Positions 20,001-28,900 of a stretch of 64,000 bases of DNA are shown piece by piece (position 1 is the first letter of the stretch; every line of letters begins with the position of its first letter). The stretch lies in the IMG/VR virus record IMGVR_UViG_3300044966_000489; one strand, written 5' to 3'. Origin of the DNA: a virus. The notes under the pieces were generated by a model. That model did no database searches, was not told the DNA's origin, and saw only the letters and a program-made list of their open reading frames with translations. Position numbers and translations under genes: made by a program.

Positions 20001-21414
20001 AAGCGATGACAACGGTAAGGGATTTGATTCTACTCAATATAATGCTTATTTGATAGCTGTAGATTCATTCATGTTCGCTTGGCAGTTTAACTCAAATGCA
20101 GCAACAGCAAGAAATATCTTAGACTATTATTCTTCTTTCATTGATAAAGATAATAACATAGGTAAAATTTACCCTCAAATTAGTGACCCAATTGTTATAA
20201 AACAAGAATCATCTACTCCATTATCTTTCTCTCTAGAGTCTGTATTAAAAGATGCTGATACTAGATATCTCCATTTTACAATTAATAAAACTGTACTAAC
20301 TGAAAATATATTTGATACTAGCGTAAATACGCTCCCTTCACCAGCTTATGCAATTTCTAGAAAGAGCGTAATTTATAAGCCTACTACAAACGCAAACCTA
20401 GCAGCAGGAGCTAAAGATGATAGAGTATTATCTTCAGATCCAGACGGCACTATGGCTTATTACAAACTCTCTTTACAAAATAGAGATAATATACCAAATG
20501 CATCATTATCACCGAAAATACCCACTGGCAAGAGAGCTTATGTTTTAAATGGCAATAAAATTTTTACAAGAGCTTTAGTTCCTGACGCAAATACTGTTTC
20601 TTTAAGAGCAGTAGAATCAGAAACAGCTAATGCTTTTAAGTCTAAAGCTAAAATAACAAATAGCTCTTTTGGCGAAGGAAACGAAGAGTTTTTCGACATC
20701 TCTATAACAAGATTAACTAATAGCACGTTTACTGGAAATATAAAGAGTTTAATTCCTGATTATACAAATACTTATTTAATTCCTATAAACGCCTCAAATT
20801 CAAACACTGAAGAAAATGCAAAAAGCAATTTTAATAGTTTATTAAATGATGGATTGCTCAATTCATCTTTCAATGCTATAAACGTTACTCCTGAAAACAA
20901 CTTTTCTGAACTTGGAGTCAATACTAAAAATGTTCAAATGTTGATAAATGCAGAACCAAACAATTTCACTGTTTATACTATAAATCAGCAAACAGCTAAT
21001 TCGTTTAATTTTGGTATAGCAAATTCTTCTTTCTATGCTGGAGTTCCAGTATTAGAAAATGAATCTTTGTCTATTTTCTTTACAATTGGAAGCGTCAACA
21101 AAACAAAAGCTATAAAGGTATATTGCTTTATTGGAGAAGATTTTGTAGCTAGTGAAGTAGATAAAACCCAAATAATACCGGGAGACGATAACATAATTAA
21201 GGTTACATTAAAAAATGTTCCTTATGCAAATTATTACGCCAACGCTTCTTCTTATTCTGCTGATGCATCAATAACTAATCCAACTTTCTGGAAATTCAAG
21301 AGTGCTAAAAACTTAGCTTTTGCACATTTGTCCGCAAGATCTAACAATAGATCATTTCCATTATATAATTTCCATATCCAAGCACTAGAACTATCAGTAG
21401 TAATAACTTACTAA
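14044..21414 (+). CDS. Tail tip/host-specificity protein gpJ-like (central fibre/hub) with a large internal insertion
   Basis: 2456 aa. Motifs DLLSEGPIEGL, KVKVPANYDP, WDGEFK...WTDNPAWCFYDLL, YCDELV.DG.GG.EPRFTCN, AFGCTSRGQAQRLGRW, LKPGDVI. Confidence 0.85.
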   Translation: MNNLEDFKYIKGFGGGGGGASAAPTPTAAYEDAEGFVYDGLTYNVYQFAKVKDLLSEGPIEGLLEGQYSFSGQVGDLGFKKVTYNEYPSVVGSDGESKYLRSVQWNQTPLLDSQDKYNFQQINIQATNGTPEGTSSGGEFDNVSYIRSIGERLRGPNLLASTEDETLDYQRTYRILNRECKKISLNFRISSLYVSLKYQDLKPISEGTLKIEGVTSANQSSSTFTLDPASRDVELTNGQTLDAGVGSVIRHNFKIRIRISPIYKEGYNSNSAVLDLISDKAKVIDDSKDLAVTVDTFPQIFELESKGKITQGYSKQIIFDTSSKFLSLNENENWLGWDISVLKITPEDTYSSRASFINLESITEIYSSSFRYTNSAIVTSKFNAAYFSKIPERSYDVKLLKVKVPANYDPITKTYGNTTPLSITATNSFAKTDKVITTDFFVGENNVYTNSDNVNPPITDGLIAQFDASNASLTTSTGSVTNWPNTVAGSTIKCVLGNGTYASPNGSANKPTYGSTYSEQSPNGTYGVSFTTTQKARFVYQTETSPLADASNNYTVFAVCKWHDSATNTERNRIISSYSLENTFVLGFDGKFNNAFTVGSQIYGVMPVNFYQFNRSNYWNDANDTNTYIVGTSVSNLKDVNIFWQNTNYFVRPINAVAAPKGLAINSSASTSRCTVFEILVYNKALSKSDGIKIRNWLNKKWNLISSNLSYSTSVAGSYNTNVLNVASNTYLKMPLKTLCANGQRTKAYSYAGGSLATSDYYEFDLIPQRYWKNWKTPQNFSLKDQGFCSFYCDFFIKLGSIGDGNYTLIHRSNQFNLSMTISGENVSLILTVISPNESKNYTITKALDPAKYSTTKLKENFTRISFYILPKVVKPSISYTTNASKVNNINISDRTWTNDYITVRRATADGNERALAQELKDFYLVKAVSFKEDTSYSSNINNLPETCYKYIYCNFNAASQQTGGRSSTFVPVIERRLTKEYFPDILNAEIDVLVNLEKQIQCNINISNYAAYQTLCVGALYRPATDPVWQNEINQRAQIAPLAQEALNTYNKQEYHKTFDGSSTSVSLSSSQSEIKVLIPLAAGQIYDAVNTKTGPFIPSYFITNNNQIEIFTSPAGFGGKIEGYADSIRVNQIDFDRLSLSKAFARNLFSEGLSRKTTVYDAAGVLPYSTSNDYWDGEFKTEKEWTDNPAWCFYDLLTNKRYGVGNYVTENDVDKWSLYQIAKYCDELVSDGFGGVEPRFTCNVYLQTQDDALKVLSDMASVFRGMFYYSNGFIYAINDMPEDTPIYSFTNSNVSDGNFTYESTSLKDRNSVVYIRYIDKNNFYKPAVEYVENIEAVRKFGFKETELTAFGCTSRGQAQRLGRWLLASEYNETETVSFEAGPECVYLKPGDVIKVYDYNRKYKTVGGRLNNINISGDTNVTTGILTLDRKLDFNFSGNQNYKLTILSPKYNLDPSFKDAAGDSIVTSNLDYNDYRKPLTNSFIVGSGNLITGQYYDSIRITGLAPVMASGLNVTGLSYFTGASGMSPKSITWALENSGNLNGSTDSDYDFYRVFRIQESTEGSNYTVIGSQMYHLKYAQIESGLNITPAKPPAPEASAPSRALFTLGVAEANGVIDQSKVLIEIFYDSSIKDTTIGFKIFNKAFYGSDFNPNSSSDFKFVPIDIYESYVNTVLDKSNIKGSIRIYGANINNSSPLTYVEASNSQNSNELFVSPVVAITYDDVNTSSSITLNNKVYAFTSPIDLTKAQYFQSTAPSQIQSVKPPESLSFNIPLQFIKNPNKFNNLDYPYRIAIIPEKVDTKDAFGTVYNKYLNVSNWEDYLTFDEDQTSDNIYNYKTSNVFAKYRNFSLAIDKMTFTDVGMKSTSNDFKNVDGFLLVTYDNQDADLKKSLNAILKDTRATYSIVTSQGSNRLKFTIQQDTASSFINAFYLLLMPSENIFEFGKNSINHNPDGSPLSVNDNTGKEIIDSHFITISNNQSIFNFNDLSDDNGKGFDSTQYNAYLIAVDSFMFAWQFNSNAATARNILDYYSSFIDKDNNIGKIYPQISDPIVIKQESSTPLSFSLESVLKDADTRYLHFTINKTVLTENIFDTSVNTLPSPAYAISRKSVIYKPTTNANLAAGAKDDRVLSSDPDGTMAYYKLSLQNRDNIPNASLSPKIPTGKRAYVLNGNKIFTRALVPDANTVSLRAVESETANAFKSKAKITNSSFGEGNEEFFDISITRLTNSTFTGNIKSLIPDYTNTYLIPINASNSNTEENAKSNFNSLLNDGLLNSSFNAINVTPENNFSELGVNTKNVQMLINAEPNNFTVYTINQQTANSFNFGIANSSFYAGVPVLENESLSIFFTIGSVNKTKAIKVYCFIGEDFVASEVDKTQIIPGDDNIIKVTLKNVPYANYYANASSYSADASITNPTFWKFKSAKNLAFAHLSARSNNRSFPLYNFHIQALELSVVITY

Positions 21415-21415
21415 A

Positions 21416-22114
21416 ATGAAACACTACATCGTATATTTTATAAATGGCAGTCACAAATACCTCCAATCTTCTCTCGACTTGATGGAAAATTTAGATCGCC
21501 TAAAGCTTGTAGGAATAGAGTATGAAGTTGTAGACTACATTGTACCTTTAGAAAAACACATTGACCAAAGCATATTAGAACATAGAAAATTTCTTCCTGA
21601 TGGAAACTCTATATGGAAAAAAGAAAATCTCATTGATAAAAAAGTTAAAGAAATGACTGCAAAAAGAAACACTTTATTGCAGAAGCTTGATATTGACTTC
21701 ATTATCTCTCTAGAGACTCCCAACAATAAACAAACAGAAGTCATTAAAAATAACAAAAAGTTTCTAAGAGAACTCTCTTGTAGAACTGAAATGCAACACA
21801 TTCATGATTGCGAAAAGATAAACAAGTTTAACGCCTTTCATAATATTGTTGATATACAAATTATTGACCCCGGATATGGATGCTCAGAACCTGTTCCTTG
21901 CGTCACCATCTCTCCTCCTGAAGAAACCGAATACAACTACGGCTTAACCGCTTCTGCTCATGCTGTTAGAGGCTCAAAAGGAGAGCTACTTTCTTTAACA
22001 ATGGAGAAATTAGGTTGTGGTTATATTTCAGATCCAGAGATTAAAATAAGTGGATATGAATCAGAAAGCGCAAAACATCCTATTGTAAAAGCAGTGATTG
22101 GCAATATAATGTAA
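21416..22114 (+). CDS. Hypothetical protein: tail-fibre-assembly-like helical domain plus a GxGY beta domain
   Basis: KRNTLLQKLDIDFIISLE...KKFLREL resembles phage fibre-assembly chaperones. C-terminal IIDPGYG...P.VTISPP...LGCGYISDPEIKI repeat. Confidence 0.4.
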   Translation: MKHYIVYFINGSHKYLQSSLDLMENLDRLKLVGIEYEVVDYIVPLEKHIDQSILEHRKFLPDGNSIWKKENLIDKKVKEMTAKRNTLLQKLDIDFIISLETPNNKQTEVIKNNKKFLRELSCRTEMQHIHDCEKINKFNAFHNIVDIQIIDPGYGCSEPVPCVTISPPEETEYNYGLTASAHAVRGSKGELLSLTMEKLGCGYISDPEIKISGYESESAKHPIVKAVIGNIM

Positions 22115-22117
22115 CAT

Positions 22118-22945
22118 ATGACGGATGTATTATTTTCTTTTGGCGACGAATACATATATTCTAACAACCTAGCAAACTGGTCTACAATAGAACCCAGTAA
22201 AGAAATAGAAATTATTGGCAACCCAGAGAAGTTCTCTGTTGTGCGAACTGCCGTCATTAACTACAGCAAGCCTTTTACTGTAGAATCAAGTTTATTAATT
22301 AAATTTAGCGGCACAATTAAAGATTTAATCTTAGATGGAGACACTATTGATTGCTATTTTGCTCTTTACTATGCTGCATTAATTAATGACATTACTGAAT
22401 CTGGATCTGGATACAAAGTAAATGAATATGTAACTATTGGTAAAAATTCTTACTTTGAATCGTCCATAGATAAAAACCAAAAAGCTGTCCTTCAAATTAA
22501 AGCTGTCAATAGTGATGGCGGTATTACTGAACTCCATTTAATTAACAATGGAAAATTTACTCAAAATTTTACTGAAGCAGAATTAGAAGGCGGATCTGGT
22601 AAAGGCGCAAAAGTAAGCTTGATTTTGGGTAAAGACAACAAGAAGGCTCTTAAGTTTTTTTCTGTATTGGACGTAAAGCGAGAAAACGCTTCTACTCTTG
22701 TAATGTTAAATGAAAAGATTAAAGACGACTTCCTTACAGGAGAAGTCTATATAAAACGATACCGCATTACATTAAATAAGGCTACGGGCAAGGAATACCT
22801 GAATCAAGCCTTCATTGTAAAGGTAGACAAGACTCCTTTTCTTAATCTACCATTAGCCAAAGACAACAATATAGAGCAAATCTATAATCAGGCTATACTA
22901 ACTATAGATTCTAAGATTAAAGAATTATCTGCTGGCGTAAAGTAA
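22118..22945 (+). CDS. Hypothetical virion-associated protein with a GxGY beta domain
   Basis: 275 aa. ITESGSGYKVNE...GGITELHLINNG...GGSGKGA. Its 3' end overlaps the convergent TMP 3' end by 21 nt. Confidence 0.4.
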   Translation: MTDVLFSFGDEYIYSNNLANWSTIEPSKEIEIIGNPEKFSVVRTAVINYSKPFTVESSLLIKFSGTIKDLILDGDTIDCYFALYYAALINDITESGSGYKVNEYVTIGKNSYFESSIDKNQKAVLQIKAVNSDGGITELHLINNGKFTQNFTEAELEGGSGKGAKVSLILGKDNKKALKFFSVLDVKRENASTLVMLNEKIKDDFLTGEVYIKRYRITLNKATGKEYLNQAFIVKVDKTPFLNLPLAKDNNIEQIYNQAILTIDSKIKELSAGVK

Positions 22946-25900
22946 TCCTCCGGGTCTCTTCTGCTCGACCAATACTTCAACGACTTTGCTTCTGAGTAGT
23001 TCAGCGAGTTTAGCATTGTTTTGAATATTGTTCTGATCTTTATTAGTATTGGAGCCACCATTTTGAGTGGTAGCATTAGCTTCAGAAGTGACTTCGCCGC
23101 TTTGAGCAACATTAATTGAAATGTTATTAACTACAGACATTCCAGATTCTTGATTTGCTCCAGCAGCAGAAATTTTACCTGACTCAGCTTGGGTGATGTC
23201 ATTGCCCTTGGAAAGGTTTTCATTCAATGTATTAAGAGCAGCGACTAGTTCGGTCACGCTAGATTCAGGAGTATTTTGACCTGCTGTATAACTTGTACCA
23301 ACCATTCCTCCGCTGGCATACTTAGGCAATGTACCAGTATTCAATTGATTCATGAAGTCTCTGCCGTACATATCTACAGCTTTCTTGTTCATGACATATT
23401 CGCCGCCCATTAACAAGGCAGGAATATTATCTTTACCTGTTGATCCACCGCCAGCAAATCTAGCTATATAGCCGCCATTTGACCTAAGATTTCTTGCATA
23501 TTGAGCGTTTAATTGAGCTTGAGTTAAGTTGCCTCCGGGTTCTAGACCTCTTGCAGCAGATGTTGCTGCATTAGTTCTCATATTAGCTGCTCCAACCGTA
23601 AGACCAGCAGCACCTAATTGAACAGCAGCAGCAGTTAAACCTGAATAGAAAGTGCTATTTACTTGATTTTTGTAATTTTTAATAGCTTGCTGTTTGTCTT
23701 TCTCATACTGCGATCTGTCTTGCAAGTATTGATCAAGTTTTTCATAGCGATCTTGTCTTAATCTATTTTGAGGATTATTCTCGTCAGTTAAAGCTGCGGC
23801 TGATAGTCTAGAATCAACAGCAAACTCCCCAGAAGTTGGACGATCAGGATTATCATATAAGAACTCATTTTGTAATGGACCCATTGAGAACCCACCTACT
23901 GCATATTTGGGAACAAGTCCGCCATTCAAGGCTCTTAAATAATCAGAACCGTATTTTTTAACAGAAGACTTCTTGATAACGTATTCGCCGCCACTCATCA
24001 TAGCGGGTACATCATCTTTCATTCCAGAGCCACCAACAACCATACCTCCAGAATTATAACCTCTGATTAATCCACCATCTTTTCTGCCAGTTGCAGCTTT
24101 ACCAAAAGCAAATAAAGCATCAACTCCCATCTCTAAAGACTTATCAAGCATTCTATTTAAGATGCCTTGGAACATATCTCTAAATGCATCCTTAAGAGTT
24201 TTAGTTCCTTTGATAGCTTCACCAAATGCACTAGCAATACCTGATTTGAAATCAGTTTGGAAAGTGTCGATCAATTGACCAGTATCTCTAGCAAAATCGG
24301 CTCTATTGTAAGTAGTATTTTTTTCTGTTATAGCTCCAATAGCTACTCTTCCTTGACGAGCTTCATTTTCAATTCTAGCATTAGCAAAAGCCGCTCTTTC
24401 ATCCTTAAAGAAAGTTTCTCCAAACGAACCTTTGTAATATAAATTATACAACTCTTCTGCGACCTTACCTTCTTGCTCTAAAGTTTTCTTTCTTAGCTCA
24501 GTCTGAAGTTTAATTAGGTCTTCTCTTTTCTTTGTATCATTTAGGTCTTCTTTTAAAAGGTTATTTACTTTTTCGTTAAGATCGACAAGCTGTTTATCAT
24601 TTTCTAATCTAGCCAAAAGCAAATTATTGATACTATCTAGATTTGCTCTTCCTTGAGCTAATTGAGTTGGTAAATTTCTTTTAGCACCGCCTTGATCTGC
24701 TAAACCATATTTATCAATGATATCTTGTAAAGAAGGCGCAGTTGATTTATTGCCTACTGACATTAAAGGAGAAGCCGAGTCTAATCTTCTTAACTCTTCT
24801 TGTGCAGATTTAATAGACTTTACAGTCTCCTCTGCCATAGAGACTTTAAAATCTCTATTTATATCTTGAGTTAATCCTTTATAGGTTCCTGAGAGGTTAA
24901 TCTCTGGACGACCAATTGATTTTTCGCGTGAAGCGATTAATTGCTCTAATCTTTTTTGATTTCTTAATTGATCTTCATAGGAAGAGCCTAGATCTTCCTG
25001 CAACACAACTGCATTATTTATAGTTTCTCTAGAAGTACCAGTCCCGTAATAGCCTTTTCCATAGCTAACACCTCCAGTAATATTCCCATAATCATCTCTT
25101 GAAACTTTAGATGGATCTCCAATTAAATTTTTATAAGCTTCTGTAAAAGCTCCTTCTGCTCCGGTTACTGTTACTAAATCAAAACTCTTAAAATAATCTT
25201 GTAATTTTTTAATCTCTTTTTCTCTTGCTAGTCTTATTCCTGCTTCGGCGTTGTTAGTCTGCATAGATATGGACCCTTCTGTATCTCTTAAATTTTGTGA
25301 CGCAGCTATTCTATTCAATATTGCTTGTCTATCTGCTGGAGATACGTCAGCAGGAAGCTTATTAAACATTTCGGATTCAAGAGCGTTTCTTTTTGTAGCA
25401 ACTCCTAATTTGTTAATAACTCCCTGTAATGAAGTAGTTAAGCTATCTAATTTGCTGCCTACTTGTTCTGTTATAACTCTATTAAAGTTCTCATTTATAG
25501 TAGTTGGCAATGTTTTTTCTAAAATAGAATTTTGATCTTGTGTTAGGTCATTTAAGAATCTAGCTTCTTGTTGTAATACGTCAAGATAGTTCCCCATATT
25601 CTCTAACTTAAACTGAGAAGTAATTTGATCTAAAGCAGTTTTAACTGCGCCTTCTTTTGCTTGGTCAAAAGCCGTTCCTAAAGCAGTACCGGCTGTTGGT
25701 TTACCCATTTGAATTTCAGTAACTCTGCGAGCTAAATCTACGCTTTCTCTTATTTGCTGCACTCTGCCAGCAATAGCTGTTCCTACCAAAGGATTTAAAT
25801 CAGAAGACACTTGATTATTAAAAGCACTTCCACTGGCACTGGGTCCAATGAATCCGCTTGGTTGACCAATGCTTCTATTTAATTGTAATTGATTAGTTAA

Positions 25901-28900
25901 TACATCAAGCAATTTAAAAGCACTAGATCCCCTTTGAGCAGCATTTCCAGCAACGTTAGTTTGTCTAAATTCTGAAACTAATTCAGAAATATTATCAAAA
26001 AGTTCAGAAACCCCCGCTTTACCAGTGGAACTCAAAGCTTGTGCGCCACCAGCAAAAGAAAGTCTTTGATTTAGCTCCAAAGACTGTTTTTGATATTCTC
26101 TTTGGGCTTCTTGAATTTGAATATCTATATCGCCTTGAGCTTTTATTTCGGCGAGAGTATTTTGAAACTCTCCAAAAGATACTTCAAGAGTTTGCACAAG
26201 AACATCTCTTTCTTCTGGCTTGAATTGAGAAAATCCTCTTATGTTATTTATTAAATTTGTTTGTATATCTCCTATATTACCACCAGAATTTATTTGTTTT
26301 AATGATTCAGCAATTAAAGGAGTTAATTTCTGAATTTGATTTTGGAAGACGGCTCTTTCTTGTTGAATAGCATTTTCAGACTTGGCACCCTCAATAGCAG
26401 GAATAACTTTTGATCTAGCTTCTTCTGATTTTTTAATTATCGTATTTGAGAAAGAATCTAAAAGTTTATTAGAAGCCTCTTGAATTTTAGAATTTTGTCT
26501 AGAAGTTATCTCATTTAGATCTAATTGATTTTGGATGTCCGATTTTGAAGACTCGCTAATAAATGGAGTAGCTGATTCTAAAAGACCTTTAACTCTAGCT
26601 CTTTGGATTGAAACCGCGCCTTCTGCTTGAATTTTATTTATCTCTCTAATAGTTTGAGCGCGATTTTTTTCTATATCAATTTGATTAGAGATTTGAAGAT
26701 TGATGCTATTGTATTGAGAATTTAAAGATTTAAGAACTTCTTCATTTTCTTTAAGTCTCTTAGTGTTTTCTGCTAAAATTTCTCCAAGGTTTTTCGATCT
26801 TTTGGCGAAATCAAAAACGTCTATTCCTGCTTTTTTGAGCGAGTCGAATAAAGAACTTAATGCTACAGTATCAAATTCAGCAAAAGCTTTGTCAAGCTGA
26901 TCAATTATTTCTTCAGGAATAACTGTATTCTGTTTTAACTGAGCTTTTATATTTTCTACGCTCTCTTTATTAACCATTGGTTGTGCGCCTATGCGGGAAC
27001 CATAAGGCCCAATAGTCTCTTGACTATAAATAATTGCTTGAGATTTTAAAGAATCAATAAATTTAGAAAAGTCTGCTGCGGCATTTTCTCCAGTAAATTT
27101 TTTAGTTATATCTTCTGATCTAATAGAAGAGGTGAATAATCTATTAAACACTTCTTGATCTTTTGGCTTTAAACTACTTCTACCCAAAAAAGAAGATTGC
27201 TTTTCAATAAATTGCGTGATAGCTAATTGTCGCTCTAAATTCTTTTGCGTATTGGCCATTTCTTTATTTACTTCACCAATAGCTTCAGTAACCTTACTTA
27301 TCTCCGTCCCTGCGGCTAACACTTTACTTCTGAACTGTTCAGGAATACTATTTAAAGCTTCTGTTAAATTATTTTGAAACTTTAATAGTGCTTCAGGCTT
27401 TGTCTTAGGATCATTTAAAGCGTTTTGTAAACCTTCTAAAGAAGTAGAGTAATTTTGAGCGGCACCAGAAAACTCAGCAGATCTTTCTTTTGTCTCTCCC
27501 AAAGATTTATTAATTTTATCAATAGCCTCTTCAGCTTTGGCATCTTTTAATTTAATAAGAGCAGATCCAGCTCCTAAAATTACTCCTGCTATTGCTCCGT
27601 AAGGGCCAAACTGTGCCCCTAAGCCAGCAAAAGAAGCTATGTCTCCTAAGCCAGAAGCTGCGGCTCTTCCTGTTTTATTTTCTGGAGATATGAATTGTCC
27701 ACCAATATTTGAAGCTACACTACCAATTAAACCAATTTGAGTGCCAAGCCCTCTAACGTATCTATCTGCTTGCCCTCCAGACGCAAAACTTGCTCTTGAA
27801 AATACAGGAGCTTGAGCCTGTCTTATATTTTCTTGCGCTTGTCTTCGTCCTTCTCTAGCAGCAGATAATTCTTCTCTTGCTTTTTTTCTTAGTTCAGATT
27901 GTTGTTTTCTTAACTCTTCTAATCTAGCTACTTGTTCTGGAGACGCAGCAACAGGAGAGCTTGTAACAATACCAAATTGATCTCTAGTTGTTTTCCCTAC
28001 TAAAGGACCAGTAGCAGTGCCTTGAAGCTTTAAAGTCGTTTTATTTACATTTGTAAATGTTCTTTCAATCTCATCGGATATTGCTTTTTGACTCTTTTTG
28101 AAGTCTTTTGGTATTTGTCCTATCTGTTGAGAATAAGAAGCGGCAGCAGAAGCATTTGATTTAATTAAAGTATCAGAACTACCTTTTAAAGTTCTAAGGC
28201 TTCCTGCAACTTCTTTTAAAGCAGTACTAAGAGTTCCAAAAGCAGCAATTAATATAAAAGCATCTGCGCCCCCAAACTCAGCAAAATTAGGAATATGTCC
28301 TCTTGCAGACATTCCTTTTGTCTTAGGGTCTATTCCAGCTTTCTCTGCCAAGCCAATTCCATTATTAAGAGATCCTTCTGTAGAATTATAAACACCCAAT
28401 CCCATTGGATTGAAGCTAGTCTTTAATTTATCGCTTCTACCTAATCTAACCTGAGAAGCAGAATATCCAGCAGACATCTCTCTATTCATTGCCTCCATAA
28501 CTGGATTAAAATTAGGAATATAACCTGAAGCAAATCTAAAATCATCTTCGTATCCGAGACTACCTAAAGAAGATTTTCTCTTAGAAGCTAGGCCGCTTCC
28601 TAGATTAAACATTCCTGTATCAACTATACTAACTTTACCACCTTTAGTAAAAATAGAGCTTAAAATTCTGTCAATTTGAGCTTCTGCATCTTTGTTGTCT
28701 TTTGATTCAATAGACTTTAGTAATTTCTCATAATTTCTTCTAGAAATCTTCGACAAGATACCTTCAGCTACTTGATTATACATCATATTGCCAAGGTTTT
28801 GAGTTAAATCAACTGCCTCCATTCTACCTCCTGCATTAATTTGAGAAGTAGCTCTGTCGGCTATGATTTCTGCGAGTTGGACAAATCCTCTTCTTTCTCC

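Noticed and set aside
10089-22945. Active invertible segment (shufflon or Gin/Cin-type switch)
   Set aside because: No inverted repeats at the two junctions and no recombinase in the window. The right junction is an overlap of two coding 3' ends.
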